From contig CAWIBS010000036.1 in the NCBI GenBank assembly GCA_963834365.1, positions 277,439-341,438 on the forward strand: a DNA stretch of 64,000 nt, given 5' to 3'. The notes under the pieces were generated by a model that saw only the letters and a program-made list of their open reading frames with translations, was not told the DNA's origin and ran no database searches. A program made the position numbers and the translations under genes. Shown piece by piece: positions 32,537 through 47,392 of the stretch. The stretch's first letter is position 1; each line of letters begins with the position of its first letter. This DNA is from Vicinamibacterales bacterium. GTDB taxonomy: Bacteria; Acidobacteriota; Vicinamibacteria; Vicinamibacterales; Vicinamibacteraceae.

Positions 32537-33400
32537 ATGTCCATTCGAATCGGCGTCATCGGCGGCAGCGGACTCTACGACATGGCCGAGTTGACCGGCC
32601 GTCGGGACGTGTCCGTCGACACGCCCTTCGGTCCGCCGTCCGGGCCTTTCATCGTCGGGTGTCTGGCGGGCCGCGAGGTGGCGTTTCTCGCCCGGCACGG
32701 CCCGGGCCATCGCCTGACTCCCTCCGAGCTGAACTTCCGCGCCAACATCTACGCGATGAAGACGCTGGGCGTCGAGCGCATCCTGTCGGCGAGCGCCGTC
32801 GGCAGCCTCAAGGAGGAGTACGCGCCGCTCGATCTCGTCGATTCCCGATCAGTTCGTCGATCGCACGCGCGGCCGCGTCAGCACGTTCTTCGGCGACGGG
32901 CTCGTCGGCGCACGTCGCCTTCGCGCATCCGTTCTGCCCCGACCTCAGTGCCGCCGCCTACGACGCCGCGGTCGGCGGCGGGCGCGAGCGTCCACAAGGG
33001 CGGCACCTACGTCTGCATGGAGGGACCGCAGTTCTCGACGCGTGCCGAGTCCCTGCTCTATCGCCAGTGGGGGATGGACATCATCGGGATGACCAACCTC
33101 CAGGAGGCCAAGCTCGCGCGGGAGGCCGAGATCTGCTACACGACGATTGCGCTCGTCACCGACTACGACTGCTGGCATCCCGAGCACGACTCGGTGACGA
33201 CCGAGATGATCATTGCGAACCTGGTGCAGAACGCGAGCATGGCGCAGAAGGTCATCGCGGCGGCGATCGCGGCGCTCGACACGGGCGCGCGCACCTGCAG
33301 TTGCGCCTCCGCGCTCGCCGCCGCGCTCATCACGCGTCCCGAACACGTGCCCGAGGCCACCAAGCAGAAGCTGGCGCCGATCATCGGCAAGTACCAATGA
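32537..33400 (+). CDS. mtnP: S-methyl-5'-thioadenosine phosphorylase; internally frame-scrambled segment
   Basis: MSIRIGVIGGSGLYD...FLARHGPGHRLTPSELNFRANIYAMKTLGVERI and YVCMEGPQFSTRAESLLYRQWGMDIIGMTNLQEAKLAREAEICY are in one frame. Between about 32835 and 32990 the homologous text (IPDQFVDRTRGRVSTFFGDG, AHVAFAHPFCPDLSAAAYDA) is in other frames, implying at least three compensating indels. Confidence 0.85.
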   Translation: MSIRIGVIGGSGLYDMAELTGRRDVSVDTPFGPPSGPFIVGCLAGREVAFLARHGPGHRLTPSELNFRANIYAMKTLGVERILSASAVGSLKEEYAPLDLVDSRSVRRSHARPRQHVLRRRARRRTSPSRIRSAPTSVPPPTTPRSAAGASVHKGGTYVCMEGPQFSTRAESLLYRQWGMDIIGMTNLQEAKLAREAEICYTTIALVTDYDCWHPEHDSVTTEMIIANLVQNASMAQKVIAAAIAALDTGARTCSCASALAAALITRPEHVPEATKQKLAPIIGKYQ

Positions 33401-33425
33401 CGTGAACGCGACCAGTCGCTCCGCA

Positions 33426-33449
33426 GGAGGGCGCGGCTTCAGCCGCGCC
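33426..33449. repeat. REP-like hairpin
   Basis: GGAG-GGCGCGGC-TTCA-GCCGCGCC. Confidence 0.85.
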
Positions 33450-33528
33450 AGGCTCCCGCGGCCAGACGGCCGGGCTGAACGCCACGAACCCTACCTGTCC
33501 GAGATCTGGACTAGCCGCAGCGCTTCAC

Positions 33529-34482
33529 ATGAAAATCATCGTCACCGGTTCGATTGCCTTCGACTACCTGATGTCGTTCCCCGGCTCGTTCGTCGAGCAG
33601 TTTCTGCCGGACCACTTGTCCCGCGTGAGCCTGAGCTTCCTCGTGGACTCGATGGACAAGCGGCGCGGCGGCTGCGCCCCGAACATCGCCTATTCGCTCG
33701 CCCTGCTCGGCGAGCGGCCGTACCTCATGGCGACGGCCGGCCAGGACTTCGGCGACTACCGGCAATGGCTCGAAGCCGCCAATGTCGACACCTCGCTGGT
33801 GCGTGAGGTCGAGGGCAAGTTCACGGCGTCGTTCTTCTGCAGCACCGACAAGGACAACAACCAGATTGCGTCCTTCTACACGGGCGCCATGGCCAATGCC
33901 GGCGAGCTGTCGTTCCGGAGCGTGGCCGGATGCGACGTGGCGATCATCTCGCCGAACGATCCGGGCGCGATGACGCAGTATGCGGAAGAGTGCCGCGTGC
34001 TGGGCATCCGCTTCCTGTTCGACCCGGGGCAGCAGTGCGCGCGGATGTCGGGGGATGAGCTGCGTGACGGGCTGACGGGGGCTCACGTGCTGATCTGCAA
34101 CGACTATGAGCTGGAGCTCATCCGCGAGAAGACCGGGCTGAGCGACGCCGATCTCCTCGAGCACTGCCATGCGGTCGTCGTGACGAAGGGGGCGGATGGC
34201 TGCAGCGTCGTCCTGCCCGACCGGCGGATCGATGTGCCCGCGGTGCCGCCGTTTCAAATCGTGGATCCGACCGGCGTCGGAGATGCCTATCGCGGCGGGT
34301 TCCTGAAGGGTCTGGCCGTGGGCGCCGACTGGGAGCAGTGCGCCCGCCTCGGGAGCGTTGCCGCCGCGTACGCGCTCGAGCATCTCGGCGGCCTGAGCCA
34401 CGCCTACACCTGGCCGGAATTCGCCAGCCGCTACGAGCAGCATTTCGGACCGCTGCGGCTGCCGCAGGCCGCATCCCGGTGA
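33529..34482 (+). CDS. PfkB-family carbohydrate/nucleoside kinase (adenosine-kinase-like)
   Basis: Intact 317-aa ORF. It has GGCAPNIAYSLALLG, NDYELELI and DPTGVGDAYRGGFLKG (PfkB signature 2). A position next to mtnP suggests purine/MTA salvage (inference). Confidence 0.75.
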   Translation: MKIIVTGSIAFDYLMSFPGSFVEQFLPDHLSRVSLSFLVDSMDKRRGGCAPNIAYSLALLGERPYLMATAGQDFGDYRQWLEAANVDTSLVREVEGKFTASFFCSTDKDNNQIASFYTGAMANAGELSFRSVAGCDVAIISPNDPGAMTQYAEECRVLGIRFLFDPGQQCARMSGDELRDGLTGAHVLICNDYELELIREKTGLSDADLLEHCHAVVVTKGADGCSVVLPDRRIDVPAVPPFQIVDPTGVGDAYRGGFLKGLAVGADWEQCARLGSVAAAYALEHLGGLSHAYTWPEFASRYEQHFGPLRLPQAASR

Positions 34483-34483
34483 G

Positions 34484-34994
34484 GTGCCGGCGATGGGCAC
34501 GGCCGCGCGTCGTGTGGCGTTCGCCTTCGTCGCCGCCGCGAGCGCGGCATGGCTGGCCGCCCTCGTCGCGGCGCCGATGACCCTCGCCCGTCCGGACGCG
34601 CCGCTGAGCGCGCGCGGCACGGCGCTGGCCGTGCACGTCGCCGGCGGATTCGTGTGCCATCAGCTCCCGCATCGGAGCTTTCACATCAGCGGCGTGCCGA
34701 TGCCCGTGTGCGCGCGCTGCACCGGGCTGTACGTCGGGTCCCTGCGTCGGGCTGCTGCTCGGCGGGACCTCGACGCGCATCGGACGCCGGGCCCTCCAGT
34801 CGCCCGCCGCATGGCTGGCAATCGCGGCGCTCCCGACGCTGGGATCGGTCGTGGTCGAATGGGGAACGGGCCTCACGTCGGCGATCTCGCGCGCGGGCGC
34901 AGCCATACCGCTTGGCGCCGGAGTGGCGGCCATCGTCGCGGCAGCGCTGCAGCCGCAGCCGGCCGCGGCGAATCGGTCTGCTACACTACCCTGA
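34484..34994 (+). CDS. DUF2085-like membrane protein; one apparent frameshift
   Basis: VCHQLPHRSFHISGVPMPVCARCTGLYVG is the DUF2085 Cys motif. After about 34750 the hydrophobic continuation LLLGGTSTRIGRRALQSPAAWLAIAALPTLGSVVVEWGTGL...PLGAGVAAIVAAAL reads in another frame and ends at TGA 34992-34994. Confidence 0.55.
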
Positions 34995-35035
34995 TTCGCG
35001 CGGGCTGTCCGCGCTGACGAGCGCGGTGTGAGGAC

Positions 35036-35441
35036 ATGCGGGCAGTAACGGCCGACGTGGCGACCATGGATCCGGGACGACGGGCGTTGATCTGCGTGGC
35101 GGCCTGGGCGGTGCCCGGCGCCGGCCACGTGCTGCAGCGGCGGACGCTGAGCGGTGTCGTGTTCTTCGCCGTGCTGCCGGCGATGTTCGCGCTCGGACTG
35201 CTGCTCGACGGCGCCGCTCTTCCCGCTGGCGCCGCTGTCTCAGTCGGTCCTGACGACCGCCGCGGCGCTTGCCGAGCGCTGCCTCGGAGCGCCGTGGCTC
35301 ATCGCCGCCGCTCTCGGCGCGGGCCGCGGCGATGTCGTCTCGGCCACCTACGAGTATGGGTGGGTGCTCATGGTCGTCGCCGGGCTGCTCAACTGTCTCG
35401 TCATCCTCGACGCCTTCGATATCGCGATGGGACGGAAGTAG
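35036..35441 (+). CDS. Small hypothetical membrane protein; one apparent frameshift
   Basis: ORF 35036.. (possible start ATG 35066) gives ALICVAAWAVPGAGHVLQRR...VVFFAVLPAMFALGLLLDG. It continues in ORF 35154..35441 (...YGWVLMVVAGLLNCLVILDAFDIAMGRK). The junction is near 35215. Confidence 0.4.
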
Positions 35442-35689
35442 CGTACCAGCCGCTGATCCCAGCCGCCCAGTCCATCGCGCCAGCCACTGTCGCTCATGCT
35501 GGTCACTCTTCTGTCTCGTCATCTTCGCCGTCCTCGTCTCGACGGTGTTCGCGGTGATCCAGAAGGACACGCCGCGCGAGCAGCGTCCGGCTGGCGCTCG
35601 TGATGACTCGCGGCCTTCGTCGGATTCGCCATCCTGGCCGGCTGGATGATGCTCGCGTTCCCCTCTGGTAGCGTAGCGCCGCGGTCTGC

Positions 35690-36051
35690 GTGCCCTGTGG
35701 GGCGCCCGTCGTCGCCTGGGCCGCCCTCATCTTCGTGCTCTCGTCGTTCTCGAGGCTGCCCGCGCCGCCCGGGCAGATCACCGACAAGCACGCCCACTTC
35801 GTCGTCTACGCCGTGCTTGCCGCGCTGCATCGTGCGCGCGCTCGTCGCGGCGCGCGTGCGCGGCGTGACCGCGCGGGTCGCGGTCGCGGCGCGGTTGCTC
35901 GCGGCGCTCTACGGCGTGACCGACGAGTTGCACCAGCGCTTCGTGCCGGGCCGTCGCGACGTCGACGACCTGCGCCGATCCGTGCGCTGCCGCGCGATGC
36001 GGCTCGGCGCGCGCGCTCGCCGGCCGGCGCTGCTGCGGGCGTGGGCTATAA
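35690..36051 (+). CDS. VanZ-family membrane protein; about two apparent frameshifts
   Basis: [20 protein letters not shown]...[15 protein letters not shown], then in another frame ...[25 protein letters not shown] (VanZ signature). The plausible stop is TAA 36049-36051. Confidence 0.5.
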
Positions 36052-36065
36052 TCCGGCGCCGTCGC

Positions 36066-36898
36066 ATGACCTACGAGAACCTGCTCATCGAGCGGGACGA
36101 GGCGGTCGCGACGATCACGTTCAACCGCCCGGCGGTGCTGAACGCGCTCAACCAGGCGCACGCTGGACGGAGCTCGGACGCGGCGTTCGACGCCCTCGGC
36201 GCGGACGCGGCGTGCGCGCGATCCTGCTCACCGGCGCGGGCGAGAAGGCGTTCGTCGCCGGCGCCGACATCAACGAGCTGGCGCGGCAGACGCCGGTCGG
36301 CGGACGCGAGCTGGCGCTGCGCGGGCAGGCGCTCTTCACGCGCATCGAGCACGCTCGGCAAGCCGGTCGATCGCCGTCGATCAACGGGTTCTGCGCTCGG
36401 CGGCGGCTGCGAGCTCGCGCTGGCGTGCACGTTCCGCTTCGCCGCCGACACCGCGCAGATCGGCCAGCCCGAGATCAACCTCGGGCATCATGCCCGGCTA
36501 CGGCGGGTCGCAGCGCCTGCCGCGGCTCGATCGGCAAGGACGCGCGCGATGGAGCTGATTCTGACCGGCCGCCGCGTCGGCGCCGACGAGGCGCTCGCGC
36601 ATCGGGCTGGTCAACGCGCGTCGTGCCGGCCGCGTCGCTGCTGGACGAGGCGCGGGCGCTTCGCGCGCGAGCTCGCGGCGAAGGCGCCGATCGCCGCTGC
36701 GCTACGCGATGCAGGCGATCAACGGCGGCCTCGAGATGCCGCTCGAGCAGGGCCTGGCGTTCGAGGCGACGCTGTTCGGCCTGGTCGCGGCCACCGAGGA
36801 CATGCGGAAGGCACGCGCGCGTTCCTCGAGAAGCGCAAGCCGTGCGGTTCACGGGGACGCTCGACTACGCGACCGCGGATTGCGCGCCCGACCGATGA
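36066..36898 (+). CDS. Enoyl-CoA hydratase/isomerase (crotonase) family; at least twelve apparent frameshifts
   Basis: [155 protein letters not shown] and [10 protein letters not shown] are all present, but they alternate among the three frames. Confidence 0.8.
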
Positions 36899-37396
36899 TC
36901 AGGACTCGCCGGAGAACTCGAAGTTGCCCGACGCGCAGCGGCCTGCGCTTCGCGCTCGTCGTGTCGCGCTTCAACGACGCGTCACCGACGCGGCTGCGCG
37001 ACGGCGCGCTCGAGGCGCTGACCGTGGCCGGCGCGGCGCCGACGCGATCGAGACGTTCGAGGTGCCTGGCGCGTTCGAGATCCCGTTCGCGGCGCAGGCG
37101 GCGGCGGCGACCGGCCGCTTCGACGCCGTCGTGTGCCTCGGCTGCCTGATTCGCGGCGACACGCCGCACTTCGAGTACATCGCCGTCGGCCGTCGCGCAC
37201 GGCATCATGGCCGCGCGCGGCCGAGACCGGCGTGCCGATGGCCTTCGGCGTGCTGACGACCAACACGCCGGAGCAGGCGCTCGAGCGCGCCGCGATGGAT
37301 CGCACCAACAAGGGATGGGAGGCCGCGGTGGCGGCCATCGAGATGGCGCACCTCGTGCGCCGGCTGTCCGGCGACGCGGACGAGACGCGCGCGTGA
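36895..37396 (+). CDS. ribH: 6,7-dimethyl-8-ribityllumazine synthase; several apparent frameshifts
   Basis: ATG 36895 overlaps the hydratase stop (ATGA). [59 protein letters not shown] and [23 protein letters not shown]...[15 protein letters not shown] lie in different frames. Confidence 0.8.
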
Positions 37397-37839
37397 GCGC
37401 CGCGATGCCGCCGCGCGAGCTCCGGCATCGCGCGCGCGAGCTGGCGCTCCAGTGGCTGTATCAGTGGGAGATCGGCGCGCCTGCGATCTCGACGAGGTGT
37501 TCGACGCCCGGCCGGCAGGTGAGCTCGCGCACGCCGGACGACGGATCGCGATCGCTGCGCCGAGGCGATGGTGCGCGGCACGGCGCGAGGAGCTCGGCGC
37601 AGATCGATCGGCTGATCGCCGATCACGCCAACAACTGGCGGCTCGAACGCCTCGCCGGTCATCGATCGGCTGGTGCTGCGCCTCGCCATCTACGAGCTCC
37701 TCTGCGAGCCGCGAGACGCCGCCGGCGGTGGTCATCGACGAAGCCCTCGAGCTCGCCCGCGCCTTCAGCAGCGAAGAGGCCGTGCCGTTCGTCAACGGCG
37801 TGCTCGACGCGCGTCCGGCGGACGTTGCAGGAGACATGA
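37393..37839 (+). CDS. nusB: Transcription antitermination factor NusB; several apparent frameshifts
   Basis: GTG 37393 overlaps the ribH stop (GTGA). [34 protein letters not shown], ...RLAIYELL.., and [31 protein letters not shown] are in alternating frames. The likely end is ...RRTLQET with TGA 37837-37839. Confidence 0.75.
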   Translation: MSAAMPPRELRHRARELALQWLYQWEIGAPAISTRCSTPGRQVSSRTPDDGSRSLRRGDGARHGARSSAQIDRLIADHANNWRLERLAGHRSAGAAPRHLRAPLRAARRRRRWSSTKPSSSPAPSAAKRPCRSSTACSTRVRRTLQET

Positions 37840-37847
37840 CGCATGAG

Positions 37848-37931
37848 GCTACGGACGACGGACTACGGACGCGGACTACGGGCCTGTACGTCTTGCAAGC
37901 CCTGCAGCCGCAGCCCGTAAGCCCGTAGCCC
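37848..37931. repeat. Inverted heptamer arrays forming a long hairpin 3' of nusB
   Basis: Left arm GCTACGG ACGACGG ACTACGG ACGCGG ACTACGG GC (37848-37883). Right arm CCCTGCAG CCGCAG CCCGTAA GCCCGTAG CCC (37900-37931). CTACGGG pairs with CCCGTAG. Confidence 0.85.
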
Positions 37932-37959
37932 ATCAGGTCGCAGATTCACGTCTCGATCC

Positions 37960-39472
<1,513 letters not shown>

Positions 39473-39593
39473 GATGGTCGTGCTCGAGCGCGGCTGCAAG
39501 CTGCGGCCTCCTGCGGCTGGCAGCGGTCGCGGCGCGAGACGCATCCGCAGGAGCGCCGGGCTGTCAGCCCGAGCCATGTCCGTAGCCCGATCC

Positions 39594-40826
39594 ATGCCTT
39601 TCGAGCTGTTCGTCGCCTTCCGCTATCTCGTCGCCCGCCGGCGGCAGGCGTTCATCTCGCTGATCTCGTTCGTGTCGGCGCTCGGCGTGGCCGTGGGCGT
39701 GACGGCGCTCGATCATCGCGCTCGCGCTGATGACCGGCCTGCAGGGCGAGCTGCGCGACCGGATGCTCGGCTCGACGCCGCACATCTACGTCTCCAAGCT
39801 GGCCGACGGCGGCGTCGACGATCCCGAAGGCGAGATCGCGCGCCTGCGGCAGGTGCCGCACGTCGTGGGCGCGGCGCCCGTGGTGCTCGGGCAGGCGCTC
39901 GTCCGCACGGCCGAGAAGACGGCGTTCGTCACGCTCAAGGGCGTGGATCCGGCAGCTCGAGGCGCAGGTGACCGAGATTGGCCGGCGCGATGAAGAGCGG
40001 GCAGCCTCGACGCGCTGAGACCGCCGGCGAGGGCCCCGACGGGATCGCGCTCGGCCACGATCTCGCGCGCACGCTCGGCGTCACGGTCGGCGACTCGGTC
40101 ACCGTGCTGACGCCCGAAGGGACGCTCACGCCGATGGGCATCGATGCCCCGCGCACGCGACGCTGCGGGTGGTCGGCATCTTCGCGCTCGGCCTCTTCGA
40201 GTTCGACCGGCCTACGCGGTCGTCTCGCTGCCCGTCGGCGCTGCGGCTGATGGGGAAGATCGCATCCCGACTTCATCCAGCTGCGCGTCAACGACATCTA
40301 CGACGCGCCGGCGGTCGCCGAGGACGATCCTCGAGCGGTTCGGCCGGGCTATCTGGTCGCAGGACTGGGCCGACATGAACCAGTCGCTGTTCTCGGCGCT
40401 CTGGCTCGAGAAGATGGCGATCTCGATCACCATCGGCCTCATCGTGATGGTCGCCGCGCTCAACATCGTCGCGTCGCTGGTGCTGCTGGTCATGGAGAAG
40501 AGCCGCGACATCGCGATCCTGAAGACGATGGGCGCCTCGGCGCGGAGCATCATGGTGATTTTCATGCTGCAGGGCGTGCTCATCGGCGCGGTCGGGCACG
40601 ATCGCCGGCGCGGTGCTCGGGCGCGGCGCTGTCGTGCGTGCTCGACCGCTACAGGCTGATCGCATTCCGACCGAGGTCTATCAGATCTCCTACATGCCGT
40701 TCCGGATCGAGACCGGCGACTTCCTGATCGTCGCTCGCGCGGCGATGGCTGATCTGTTTCGTCGCGACGCTCTACCCGTCGCGTCAGGCCGCCCGGCTCG
40801 ATCCGGCGGAGGCGCTGCGATACGGG
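39594..40826 (+). CDS. lolE: Lipoprotein-releasing ABC permease (LolC/LolE, FtsX-like); many apparent frameshifts, stop not identifiable
   Basis: [154 protein letters not shown] and [21 protein letters not shown] are in alternating frames. The last frame runs on without a stop. Confidence 0.75.
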
Positions 40827-40887
40827 TACGGCTGGACGCCCGACAGTATCCGCGAGCCCTGCAGCCGATGCAGCCCTGAGCCTCTCA

Positions 40888-41572
40888 ATGATTCCTCGTT
40901 GCACCCGGCCTTGTCGAAGTCCGATCGCCGAGCCCGTCGCGGCCCCTCCCGCGTGCTGCGCGATCTGTCGCTGTCGGTCGAGCGCGGCGAGATGGTCGCG
41001 ATTGTCGGGGCGTCGGGCGTCGGGAAGAGCACGCTGCTGCACGTGCTCGGCGGGCTCGACGCGCTCGACGGCGGCGAGGTCGCGCATCGACGGCGCGGAC
41101 GTCGTGTCCGCGATGAGCGACGCGGAGCGCGTCGCGTTCCGCAACCGGCACGTGGGGTTCGTGTTCCAGTTCCATCACCTGCTGCCGGAGTTCTCGGCGC
41201 TCGAGAACGTCGAAATGCCGCTGCGCATTGCGCGGCGGCCGGCGGCGGAGGTCGCGGCCGCGCGCCGAGGCGCTGCTCGGCGCGGGTCGGGCTCGGCCGA
41301 TCGGCTCGCACACCGTCCGGGGCTGCTGTCGGGCGGCGAGCAGCAGCGCGTGGCGGTGGCGCGGGCGCTGGCGATGCAGCCCGCGCTGCTGCTGGCGGAC
41401 GAGCCGACGGGCAATCTCGACGAGCACACGGCCGAGACGCTGCACGACCTGCTGCGCGAGATGCACCGCGAGCACGGGCCTGACGTCGGTCATCGCCACC
41501 CACAACCCGCGGCTGGCGGCGCTCTGCGATCGCGTGCTGCGGCTCGAGGACGGACGCCTGCGCGCGGCCTGA
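40888..41572 (+). CDS. lolD: Lipoprotein-releasing ABC transporter ATP-binding protein; about three apparent frameshifts
   Basis: [36 protein letters not shown] (Walker A), [33 protein letters not shown] (signature), [12 protein letters not shown] (Walker B), and the end [31 protein letters not shown]. The start is taken as ATG 40888 with an indel just after it. Confidence 0.85.
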
Positions 41573-41800
41573 CCGCGCACAGCCCGGCGATCCGTACGCC
41601 CGGTTCCGAATCCAATCGTCTGAACTGACTGTTCGACGGTCGAAGTGTCGATAGACCGGGAAAAGGCCGGGTGGTGCACGGGTTTGCGTATAATGAAGGT
41701 CATCGAGTCGATGCCATGCGCCTCGATCTCTCGACGGGCCCGATGAACGGGTCGGATCTTGTCGTCCAGGGTCGCAGGTCCAGATCTCAGGGTAACGCGG

Positions 41801-44258
<2,458 letters not shown>

Positions 44259-44432
44259 GTTCCTGTACACTGGTGGCTTCGCACGTCGGGCCGGGTCCGC
44301 CCTGAATCGAGGGACGCGTGCCTGGTGGCCGTCAAGGTTGGGCTGCACGGACTGCCGCAGCGGCGCGCCCCGGGAATCGGGCTCCGAAGCCGGCCCAAGG
44401 AACCGGCGCTCTGCCGCCGGATACTCTCGCGC

Positions 44433-47242
44433 ATGGTGAGTTCACGACTCGTTCTGTTGACGATTTTGGCCCTGGGTTCGGGCCTGGGGCTGGTTGCCGC
44501 CCAGCCGGCGCAGCGACAAGCCCAGCCGGCGCCGCCGCAGGCCCCGCCGGCGCAGCCCCAGACCCCGCCGGCCACCCCGCAGGCCCCTCCTTCACAGGTC
44601 CGGCCCGAACAGCCCGCACCGGTGCCCCAGCCCGTTCTCCGCCAGCCGGCACCTGGTCAGCCACCCGCCGGCCAACCCGTGGCCGCGCCGGCCCCGGAGC
44701 CGTCCGTACCGACCGCGCAAACGCCATCCGCGGCTCGAAATCCGACCACCTTCTGCGGGCAGCCCATTCCGCCGCCGGCGCGGCTGCCGCCGGCAGGGTC
44801 GGGGCCCGTGATCTTCCTGCTCGGCCCGTGCTTCGAGAAGCAGGGCAACGTGTCGTCGGTGGAACCGGCCACCTACCTCTATTACATCCGCACGAAAACA
44901 GTCGCTGCCGTCGCAGAACGCCTGGACCCCGTATGACGCGGCGGCAGAAGATCAGCTCGTCAAGGACTTCAAGCATCTGTGGGCGACCAACTTCCTCGAA
45001 GACCTCTCGATCGAGGTGACCGACTACGTGTTCTCGAACGGGGTCGTCGGCAAGCTGGTCAAGTACGACATGGAGGAGCGGCAGCGAATCAAGGTCATCG
45101 AGTACACGGGCAGCAAGCAGCTCGAGACCACGAAGATCGACGAGAAGCTCAAGGAAGAGAACGTCGCGATCCGCATGGACTCGTTCGTTGACGATGGCCT
45201 GGTGCGGCGGGTCAAGGGGATCGTCAAGAGCATGCTGTCGGAGAAGGGGTATCTGGACAGCACGGTCACCCACGACGTGGTGGCCATTCCCGGCGGCCCC
45301 AAGCTCGTGAACCTGGTCTTCACGATCACGGACGGGCCGAAGTACAAGATTCGCAACATCGACTTCGTCGGGAACACCCAGATTGGCGACGGGACGCTGC
45401 GCCGCAAGATGAAGGAGACGAAGTCGCTCTGGCCGTTCTCGTTCATCACCGGTCGCGGAACCTACAAGGAAGACAAGTACGCGGAGGACGCGGAGAAGGT
45501 CGTCGGCCACTATCGCGACAACGGCTATCTGCGCGTGCGCGTCGACAACCCGGAGGTGCGGACGCTCGCGGACAGCAGCGACGGGAAGACGCGCTTCGTG
45601 GAACTGCGGATTCCGGTCAGCGAGGGCTCGCGCTACAAGGTCGGCGAAGTGACGGTGGCCGACAACAAGGTGGTGAAGGCCGAGGCGCTCACCGAGATCT
45701 TCCGCCTGAGGAAGGGCGAGGTACTATTCCGAGAAGGGCGTTCGCAAGGGGATGGAGAAGGCGCGTGAGCTGTACGGCTCGATTGGCTACTTCGAGTTCA
45801 CGGCCTACCCCGAGTTCAAGTTCCGCGATCTGCCCGAGGATCAGCAGGGCGGTGCGAACCCGCCGCCGCCGACTCCGGCGGCGACCAACGGCCACAACAC
45901 ACCCGCCGGACCGGCGATCGTCGATGTCGTCCTCCACATGCAGGAGGGTGAGCAGTACTTCGTCAACCGCATCACGTTCCTCGGAAACACGACGACGCGC
46001 GACAACGTGATCCGGCGCGAGTTGCGGCTGGTCGAGGGCGGTGTCTTCAACACCGAAGCGCTCAAGTTCAGCGTCAAGCGGCTCAATCAGCTCGGGTACT
46101 TCAAGCAGCTCGAAGGCAACGAAGGCATCGACGTCCAGAAGACGCCGAACGAGAAGAACAAGGTCGACGTCAAGCTGAAGCTCGAAGAGCAGAACCGGAA
46201 CCAGCTCACCTTCGGCGCCGGTGTCTCGCAGTTCGAGGGCGCCTTCGCGCAGTTCGCCTTCCAGACGTCGAACTTCCTCGGTCGCGGCGAGACGCTCTCG
46301 CTCTCGGTGCTGGCTGGCAAGCGCTACAAGGACTACCAGGTCTCGTTCACCGAGCCCTACCTGTTCGACCGCCCGATCACCGGCGGCGTCAACATCTTCA
46401 ACCGGACGATCAAGTACATCGGCGCGTTCACCCAGGAGTCGCTGGGCGGCAACATCCTGTTCGGCTTCCCGCTGGCCGACTTCACCCGAGCCTTTGCTTC
46501 CTACAGCTACGAGAGCGTCGGCATCAGCGACCTGAACGAGTTCTACAACGATCCGGCGGTCATCGATCGCAACCCGTTCCTGAAGGACGCGCTGCTCATC
46601 GCGCAAGGCGGCAGGCGCACGATCAGCAAGGTCACGCCGAGCGTGGTGTACAACACGGTCGACAATCCAATCTTCCCGACGACCGGCAAGCGCGTCTCGG
46701 CGACCGCTGACCTGGCAGGCCTCGGTGGGAACACCGCGTTCTACAAGCCCAGGCTCGAGGCCATCGCCTACTTCCAGCACACGCGGCGCACGTCGGTGGG
46801 CATGCGCGGGCAGTTCGAGTTCGTCGCGCCGTATCAGCGCACGCTCGCCCTGCCGATCTTCGAGCGCCTGACGCTCGGCGGCGAGTACAGCATCCGCGGC
46901 TACGACATCCGGACGATTGGCCCCCGCGATCCGCTTTCCGGGCTCGTCATCGGCGGCAACAAGAGCCTGCTGTTCAACGGCGAGTATCTCATCCAGATCG
47001 CCGGGCCGGTCCGGCTCGTGGGATTCTTCGACGCTGGCCAGGTGCGCGCCGAGACCCAGTCCTTCGCGATGGATCAGTTCATCGCGTCGACGGGTGCCGA
47101 GATCCGGTTCTTCATGCCGGTGCTGAACGTGCCGTTCCGCCTGATCTTCGCGCGCAACATCAACTACGAGGACATCCTCACCAACAACTACGAGCCCGAG
47201 AAGAAGTGGCGGTTCCGCTTCGCGGTGGGATCGACCTTCTGA
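44433..47242 (+). CDS. bamA: Outer membrane protein assembly factor BamA with ~90-aa Pro/Gln/Ala-rich N-terminal spacer; two apparent frameshifts
   Basis: ATG 44433 gives MVSSRLVLLTILALGSGLGLVAA (signal), then POTRA-type repeats (IKVIEYTGSKQL, IRNIDFVGNTQI, YKVGEVTVADNK, VNRITFLGNTTTRDNVIRREL). The C-terminal barrel ends ...WRFRFAVGSTF. Junctions are at AAAA 44895-44898 (needs AAA) and 45720. Confidence 0.9.
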
Positions 47243-47249
47243 CGCGACG

Positions 47250-47271
47250 CCGGCAGCCGTGCGGCTGCCGG
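47250..47271 (+). terminator. Hairpin 3' of bamA (9-bp stem, 4-nt loop)
   Basis: CCGGCAGCC-GTGC-GGCTGCCGG, 8 nt after the bamA stop. It has no T-tract, so it could be an attenuator or stabiliser rather than a full terminator. Confidence 0.45.
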
Positions 47272-47392
47272 ATCGACGCGTTTCGTGTAAGCTAGAGCGT
47301 TCGAACGGGCCCGAGTGGCCGGGCCGGGCTGAGCGGGCGTGCGGGAGCATGCCGCGTTGGCCGATAGACAACCGAGAAGGATCCAACCGACC

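Noticed and set aside
35442-35689. A small two-TM ORF (LFCLVIFAVLVSTVFAVIQKD... and [18 protein letters not shown]) between the membrane protein and VanZ.
   Set aside because: The hydrophobic pieces lie in two different frames with no clear start or stop, in the indel hot zone. It is probably a real small gene, but I cannot support coordinates.
40800-40900. LolE reading through into LolD with no stop codon.
   Set aside because: It lies in the densest indel zone, and an alternative frame has a stop at 40877-40879. The boundary cannot be trusted.
41689-41694. A TATAAT box 107 nt upstream of clpC as a promoter -10 element; similarly TATAAT at 36047-36052 just before the crotonase ATG.
   Set aside because: There is no matching -35 at the right spacing in either case, and the second lies inside the end of the VanZ gene. 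A single hexamer is too weak to call.
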